Of a stretch of 64,000 nucleotides of DNA, positions 59,349-64,000 are shown one piece after another (position 1 is the first letter of the stretch; each line of letters starts with the position of its first letter). The notes under the pieces are model-generated. The model saw only the letters and a list, made by a program, of their open reading frames with translations. It did not search any database and was not told the DNA's origin. The DNA lies in the NCBI GenBank assembly GCA_964601935.1, contig CAZROP010000001.1, positions 98,428 to 162,427 of the forward strand, written 5' to 3'. The position numbers and the translations under genes were made by a program. Source of the DNA: an uncultured Candidatus Saccharibacteria bacterium (lineage in GTDB: Bacteria > Patescibacteriota > Minisyncoccia > Phycocordibacterales > UBA1006).

Positions 59349-60362
59349 CTACTGAATAGATTCCAGTAACTGATATATATAAGCTTCCAAAACAACTCCA
59401 GGCTCTACAGCGCTCGCGATATCACATTCCAGCCGCAACAACCCTGACAGTACACCCGCATTAATACGCGATCCGGTAATATCGCGTGCAATAGCTTGTA
59501 GCCACTCTTTATCATGTGAGGAGCTGCTTTTCAGTATCTGGAATCGAAATTCTAATATTGTTCGTGTTTTTGCAACTACCATTTTGACAGTCTGCAATGG
59601 ATTATACAGAGGTGCACGCTCTATGACTGCCTTTAATCCTCCAGCTGTAGGATATGAAAACTCCTGCACCATATCACGCACATATGCTGCGGGTGGCAAT
59701 GATAGCGTTATTGCCACATGGTGTTCGTCGATGGTATTTCCTATAGCAGTTCGCGCTACGGTCTCTAATGCGACCAATGCATTGCGAAATGACCCATCTG
59801 CTGCAATCATTATGAGATCCCGTGCTGCAGAGTCTATTACCAAATCCTCCGCCTGTGCCACCCTATCAATAACAGCTGAGAGCGATTCGTTGTTGGGTTG
59901 CTGGAGTGCTACCACTACTGAACGCGAAATAATAGTTTCAGGAATTTTGTGATCATCAGTTGTTGCCATGACGAACACTACATGGGATGGCGGCTCTTCC
60001 AACATCTTCAGGAGTACACTCCATGTCGAGGCAGAAAACATATGAACCTCGTCGAATATGTAGACCTTGCGCTGTGAAAGTATGGGCATAGTCAGAGCCT
60101 CGTCACACAGTGCGCGCATGTCATCGACGCCATTATTCGATGCTGCATCTAATTCATAGATATCTATAGGATCAACATTCAAAGACCGTGCGAATATACG
60201 CGCCAGTGTGGTTTTGCCGACACCGCGAGTTCCTTTCATGATTATACAATTTGGTGGGGCATCAGCGGATACGAATGACTGCAAAATTGACACACCACGA
60301 TCTTGACCGACTACTTGGTCAAATGTCTGCGGTCGATACTTACGATAGAATGATTCTGACAT
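59349..60362 (-). CDS. dnaX: DNA polymerase III subunit gamma/tau (short form)
   Basis: YRPQTFDQVVGQ, GTRGVGKTTLARIFA, DEVHMFS, LLKMLEEPP and TIISRS are the DnaX clamp-loader motifs. Confidence 0.8.
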   Translation of the reverse strand: MSESFYRKYRPQTFDQVVGQDRGVSILQSFVSADAPPNCIIMKGTRGVGKTTLARIFARSLNVDPIDIYELDAASNNGVDDMRALCDEALTMPILSQRKVYIFDEVHMFSASTWSVLLKMLEEPPSHVVFVMATTDDHKIPETIISRSVVVALQQPNNESLSAVIDRVAQAEDLVIDSAARDLIMIAADGSFRNALVALETVARTAIGNTIDEHHVAITLSLPPAAYVRDMVQEFSYPTAGGLKAVIERAPLYNPLQTVKMVVAKTRTILEFRFQILKSSSSHDKEWLQAIARDITGSRINAGVLSGLLRLECDIASAVEPGVVLEAYIYQLLESIQ

Positions 60363-60418
60363 ATGTTGGGTAGTATACCACGACGACTATAATTATTCTT
60401 TTCCCCGATATATCGTAA

Positions 60419-61450
60419 CTATTCAGAGTATTTTACCAATGCCTCACCAAAAACAGCGATAATCTCGTCAGCAGTATCAGCGCTCATCAGCCGTTCACGC
60501 AACTCTGCGGCATGGGGAAATCCATTGATGTAACAGCGGAAATTCTTTTTCATCAAACTCATGGACTTGCCACGCACCACATCAGAAACGGGGAACTTTC
60601 TGTCACCAAATACCAACTGCTCTATCTGCATACCAGGACCAACCGATGCATGGACAAGGTCTCGGTAGAGAATCGTGTGTTCACGCGCGGCGAGCAATCG
60701 TTCGCGTATACCCACCTGCCCATCGTCGCGCGCACCATCAAAAAACCATGGATTACCAAATGTCGCCTTGCCTACCATCACGCCATGTGCACCTGTCTGC
60801 CGACATACCTGCACTCCATCAGACATTGTCATAATTCCCCCGTTAGCAATCACCGGAATATGGTACGACTCCACCATGCGAACAATTCGCTCCAACACAT
60901 CCCAGTGTGGTGGATAATCAGATAATTCTTTGCGTGTACGTGCATGAATAATTAATGCATCGATACCAGCATCCAACAGAGCAGGTATCCATACATCAGA
61001 TTCATCATGCGACCACCCAATACGCGTTTTTACAGAAACAGGAATACCTGGTGCACCCGCACGTGTAGCACGAACGACATCCTGCGCTAATGATGGCGTC
61101 TGTATCAAACACGCACCTGCGCCCTGTTTATTGATCGATCTATCCGGGCATCCCATATTGATGTCGATTGCCTGATATCCCAAACCCGCCACCATGCGCG
61201 CCGTTTCAGTAAATGTCTCAGGATTGGATCCAAATATTTGTGCGACCAGGTTATCAGCCTCGAACTGCCCATACTGCAAATCACGTAGCAAATGATCTCG
61301 ACCTCGAGAACACAACCCGTCACATGACACAAACTCTGTCCACAACACATCCGGGCCGCCATCCGACTGACCCATACGAGAATAGGTCGCAACCATGCGA
61401 CGATACGCCCGATCGGTCACGTCTGCCATAGGCGCCAGGGTGGTGATCAT
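60419..61450 (-). CDS. dus: tRNA-dihydrouridine synthase
   Basis: LAPMADVTDRAYRRM and INMGCPDRSINKQGAGACL are Dus family motifs. The start is chosen at the Met of MITTLAPMADVTD (61450); the ORF track extends it to 61498. Confidence 0.85.
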   Translation of the reverse strand: MITTLAPMADVTDRAYRRMVATYSRMGQSDGGPDVLWTEFVSCDGLCSRGRDHLLRDLQYGQFEADNLVAQIFGSNPETFTETARMVAGLGYQAIDINMGCPDRSINKQGAGACLIQTPSLAQDVVRATRAGAPGIPVSVKTRIGWSHDESDVWIPALLDAGIDALIIHARTRKELSDYPPHWDVLERIVRMVESYHIPVIANGGIMTMSDGVQVCRQTGAHGVMVGKATFGNPWFFDGARDDGQVGIRERLLAAREHTILYRDLVHASVGPGMQIEQLVFGDRKFPVSDVVRGKSMSLMKKNFRCYINGFPHAAELRERLMSADTADEIIAVFGEALVKYSE

Positions 61451-61568
61451 GGGACCGCCAGACCGTACTCGCTGATAAAGTTCTTGCCATATATGCATAT
61501 AATAATTAGACTAACATGCAAAGTGATATTTGAATAACTTGGACTTCTTAGTTTGCCACATACAAAAA

Positions 61569-62072
61569 CTAGACTTTATGTTTACAACTTTTTACTACAC
61601 CATAGATCGCAATAATTAATGAGAATACTTGATAAGCTACAAAGAACTGTTGCCCCTTCTCCAGAGTGACATAGACTATAAGTAGGTGAGTAAATACCCA
61701 TATGATCCAACCAGTTCTATCTCTATTATGAGCAAGGAAATATACCCCAAATACTGCACCGACCGAGCTGACTCCTTCGAGAATCGTGAGCACCCCTGAA
61801 AAAGAAAAGTACGTAAGTGTAAGGCACAAAATACCCGTTAAAGCCTGTATTGTGTCGCTAATTGACTTTTTACTTTTGCCGGTTAATCCATAACCCATCA
61901 ATACGAGCAAACCAATCTCCAGCCCAGAAAAGACATATAACTGTACAGCATAGAAATAAATAACAGAAATTATCCCAGCGACAATTCCCACTATCCAGGC
62001 AACTCGCTTGTCGTTTCGCAACAGAAATACCTTGTGAACAAGTGATAATAGAGTAGTTACAATTTGGAGCAT
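61569..62072 (-). CDS. Hypothetical polytopic membrane protein (167 aa, about 5 TM segments)
   Basis: Strongly hydrophobic throughout. A possible PnuC-like relationship cannot be supported from sequence alone. Confidence 0.45.
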   Translation of the reverse strand: MLQIVTTLLSLVHKVFLLRNDKRVAWIVGIVAGIISVIYFYAVQLYVFSGLEIGLLVLMGYGLTGKSKKSISDTIQALTGILCLTLTYFSFSGVLTILEGVSSVGAVFGVYFLAHNRDRTGWIIWVFTHLLIVYVTLEKGQQFFVAYQVFSLIIAIYGVVKSCKHKV

Positions 62073-62095
62073 ATAGCAATATCTTGAAATAAAAA

Positions 62096-63016
62096 CTAAT
62101 GAGTTGCAGCCGAGGGTCTGTCTACAGAATCAGCAACATCACTACTTCCACCTGCAAATTTCATATACATACGCTTTGGGAAACGAAAATCGAGATACTC
62201 TAGTAATGCCGGGTTCGCTGTAAACTGGCTGGAAAATGGCTGGAACGTCGAAAGTCTGTCCAGGCTTGCAGTAATATATGCCAGCTGAACCGTATCGCCC
62301 AGACTTTCCCGATTGAATTTCAGTGACGCAGTGTCTGCAACGAGAGAATAATCATATAATTTGTCTACCTCTATCTGCATATCACGTCGCGTGTAGCGCA
62401 CTACATAGGGACGCGCGAACGACTGCACTACACTCATGACGTTATTGTATTGGTCTACCTCTGCCTGACTCCACAAACGCACAGGCAATGATTCGCCTAC
62501 TATACCAATTGATATTTTTGTAGTATCGGGAAGAACGGTCGGCAAATATCGCACGTCAGACAACAATGGTGCACGCTCGAACAGTACACTGTTCTTGTCG
62601 GCAAAATAGCAATATTGATACGCTGCATCTAGACAAAACCTGAATGCAATATCTCGCTCTTGAACTACAACAGACAAAGTGCCCTCTGAGTACACCAAAG
62701 ACACCCTATCGATACGAGGAAACTCCACCGATAGCCGACGGGAGGTATATTCTGTGGGAAGCCATAGCCCATATCCACACGGCGCATGCAGGAAACAGTC
62801 TTCTTGAAGTGCTTGTTCCAAGACTATCTGAATGTCAGCGCTATCAATCGCACGCGTACCGGTAACATGTATCGTATCTATACGCGAATACCCTTCGCGG
62901 GTTATGACAAATACCCCTGCGGCTATTACAAATCCGACAAACGCACCTATTAACAACCCATACATGATGCTGTAGAGCATCGATGATGCTGGATTGTGTT
63001 TTCGACGAGAACTCAT
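62096..63016 (-). CDS. FtsQ/DivIB-like cell-division protein (putative)
   Basis: A single N-terminal TM segment (SIMYGLLIGAFVGFVIAAGVFVI) is followed by IHVTGTRAIDSADIQIVLEQ, which is POTRA-like. The architecture is FtsQ-like. Confidence 0.4.
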   Translation of the reverse strand: MSSRRKHNPASSMLYSIMYGLLIGAFVGFVIAAGVFVITREGYSRIDTIHVTGTRAIDSADIQIVLEQALQEDCFLHAPCGYGLWLPTEYTSRRLSVEFPRIDRVSLVYSEGTLSVVVQERDIAFRFCLDAAYQYCYFADKNSVLFERAPLLSDVRYLPTVLPDTTKISIGIVGESLPVRLWSQAEVDQYNNVMSVVQSFARPYVVRYTRRDMQIEVDKLYDYSLVADTASLKFNRESLGDTVQLAYITASLDRLSTFQPFSSQFTANPALLEYLDFRFPKRMYMKFAGGSSDVADSVDRPSAATH

Positions 63017-63081
63017 AGATATACCTAGTATACTGATATAGTTACCTCTACGCCAAGACTCTGTCCACGTGTCCGTGTAAA

Positions 63082-64000
63082 CTAGCCTATATATTCACGA
63101 CCTCCCATATATGGGCGTAGCGCCTCGGGTAGATGTATGCGACCATCGACTGTCTGATGATTCTCTACCAGCGACACCAAAATACGCGGCGTCGGAATAG
63201 CGGTACAGTTCAGTGAATGCGCAAATTGTAATGAGCCATCGGCGGCACGGTATCGAATGTTCAAGCGTCGTGTTTGGAAATCATGGAAATATGATGCAGA
63301 AGAAATCTCGCGATACGTCGACTCCTTTGGTACCCACAACTCGATATCGTACTGCTTCACTTTAGTGAGCCCCATATCACCCGTAGAATTCATAACCACC
63401 TGATACGGAATGCCGAATGTTTCTATGAACTCTTCTGTATTGTTCTGTATTTCTTTGTGGTATTTTTCTGACTCTGCATGCGATGCAGGGCACAACACAA
63501 CCTGTTCCCACTTCTGGAATTCATGTACGCGAATCAGGCCCTTCACATCTCTATTATAACTACCCACCTCTAGACGATAGCACGGAGAATAGCCCAACAT
63601 TTTTATAGGCAATTGGTCTTCAGCCAGAATCTCGTCCATATACATACCCATTAACGGAACTTCTGATGTGCCTACCAGATAATTACCGTCCTGTACCTGA
63701 TAAATGTCTGCCTCACCCTGAGGGATAAAACCGCACCCCTCGAGAGATTCGCGTCGTACCAGCATAGGAGGAATCACAGGATTATATCCACGCTTGCTCC
63801 AGAAATCGAGCGCGTACATCCATATTGCGAAACAAAGTCGCACACCATCGCCTTTTAGGAAATATCCACGAAATCCGTGCACTTTTACCCCTCGCTCGAA
63901 ATCAACCATGCCGAGTTTCGTCATAATATCAATATGATCTAACGGCTCGAAATCAAACTCCGGCTTGCGTCCCCAATGTTTTACCACTATGTTCGCTGAA
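63082..64000 (-). CDS. serS: Seryl-tRNA synthetase; the N-terminal part lies beyond the window
   Basis: The class II catalytic-domain motifs FDFEPLDHIDIMTKLGMVDFERGVKVHGFRGYFLKGDG and PMLVRRESLEGCGFIPQ are present. The ORF is open to the window end. Confidence 0.85.
   Translation of the reverse strand, partial: SANIVVKHWGRKPEFDFEPLDHIDIMTKLGMVDFERGVKVHGFRGYFLKGDGVRLCFAIWMYALDFWSKRGYNPVIPPMLVRRESLEGCGFIPQGEADIYQVQDGNYLVGTSEVPLMGMYMDEILAEDQLPIKMLGYSPCYRLEVGSYNRDVKGLIRVHEFQKWEQVVLCPASHAESEKYHKEIQNNTEEFIETFGIPYQVVMNSTGDMGLTKVKQYDIELWVPKESTYREISSASYFHDFQTRRLNIRYRAADGSLQFAHSLNCTAIPTPRILVSLVENHQTVDGRIHLPEALRPYMGGREYIG

Overview
This 64 kb window is dense with bacterial housekeeping genes, most of them on the minus strand. 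Gene content and protein architectures suggest a small-genome, Patescibacteria/CPR-like lineage, but this is inference only. The recognisable core genes are leuS, gatCA, ligA, ftsK, recA, infC, glyQS, nusA, ppa, gyrA, the dnaJ-dnaK-grpE heat-shock operon, trmD, the rpsF-ssb-rpsR operon, truB-like, dnaX, dus and serS. The last is cut by the window edge, as is murJ at the other end. I found no rRNA, tRNA or CRISPR array.

The accessory and unusual content lies mainly between 9.1 and 22.4 kb. First comes a type IV pilus cluster with five prepilin-like genes and a PilD prepilin peptidase. Next are three tandem paralogous secreted surface proteins of about 660-690 aa. Each has a signal peptide, a PG_binding_1-like domain, CxNGxxxASNC cysteine-loop repeats and Thr-rich linkers, and each is followed by a GC-hairpin terminator. 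Two of these paralogs share an essentially identical 312 bp block, which looks like a gene-conversion tract. After the paralogs there is an 800 bp non-coding stretch, and then a winged-helix protein gene bracketed by 29 bp direct repeats.

Elsewhere the window holds a membrane-anchored protein with an Rx4H (HEPN-like) motif and a 56 nt perfect palindrome between convergent genes. A 26-codon hydrophobic small ORF has its own TTGACA-16-TATTAT promoter and a hairpin terminator. The last 16 codons plus terminator of a gene are duplicated 300 bp away. There is a lone GIY-YIG-like nuclease gene beside recA. A lamin-tail-domain membrane protein sits next to a TraD/VirD4-like P-loop ATPase that carries a roughly 350 aa Q/R/E-rich tail. 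Finally, the heat-shock genes have -10 boxes that abut their start codons.
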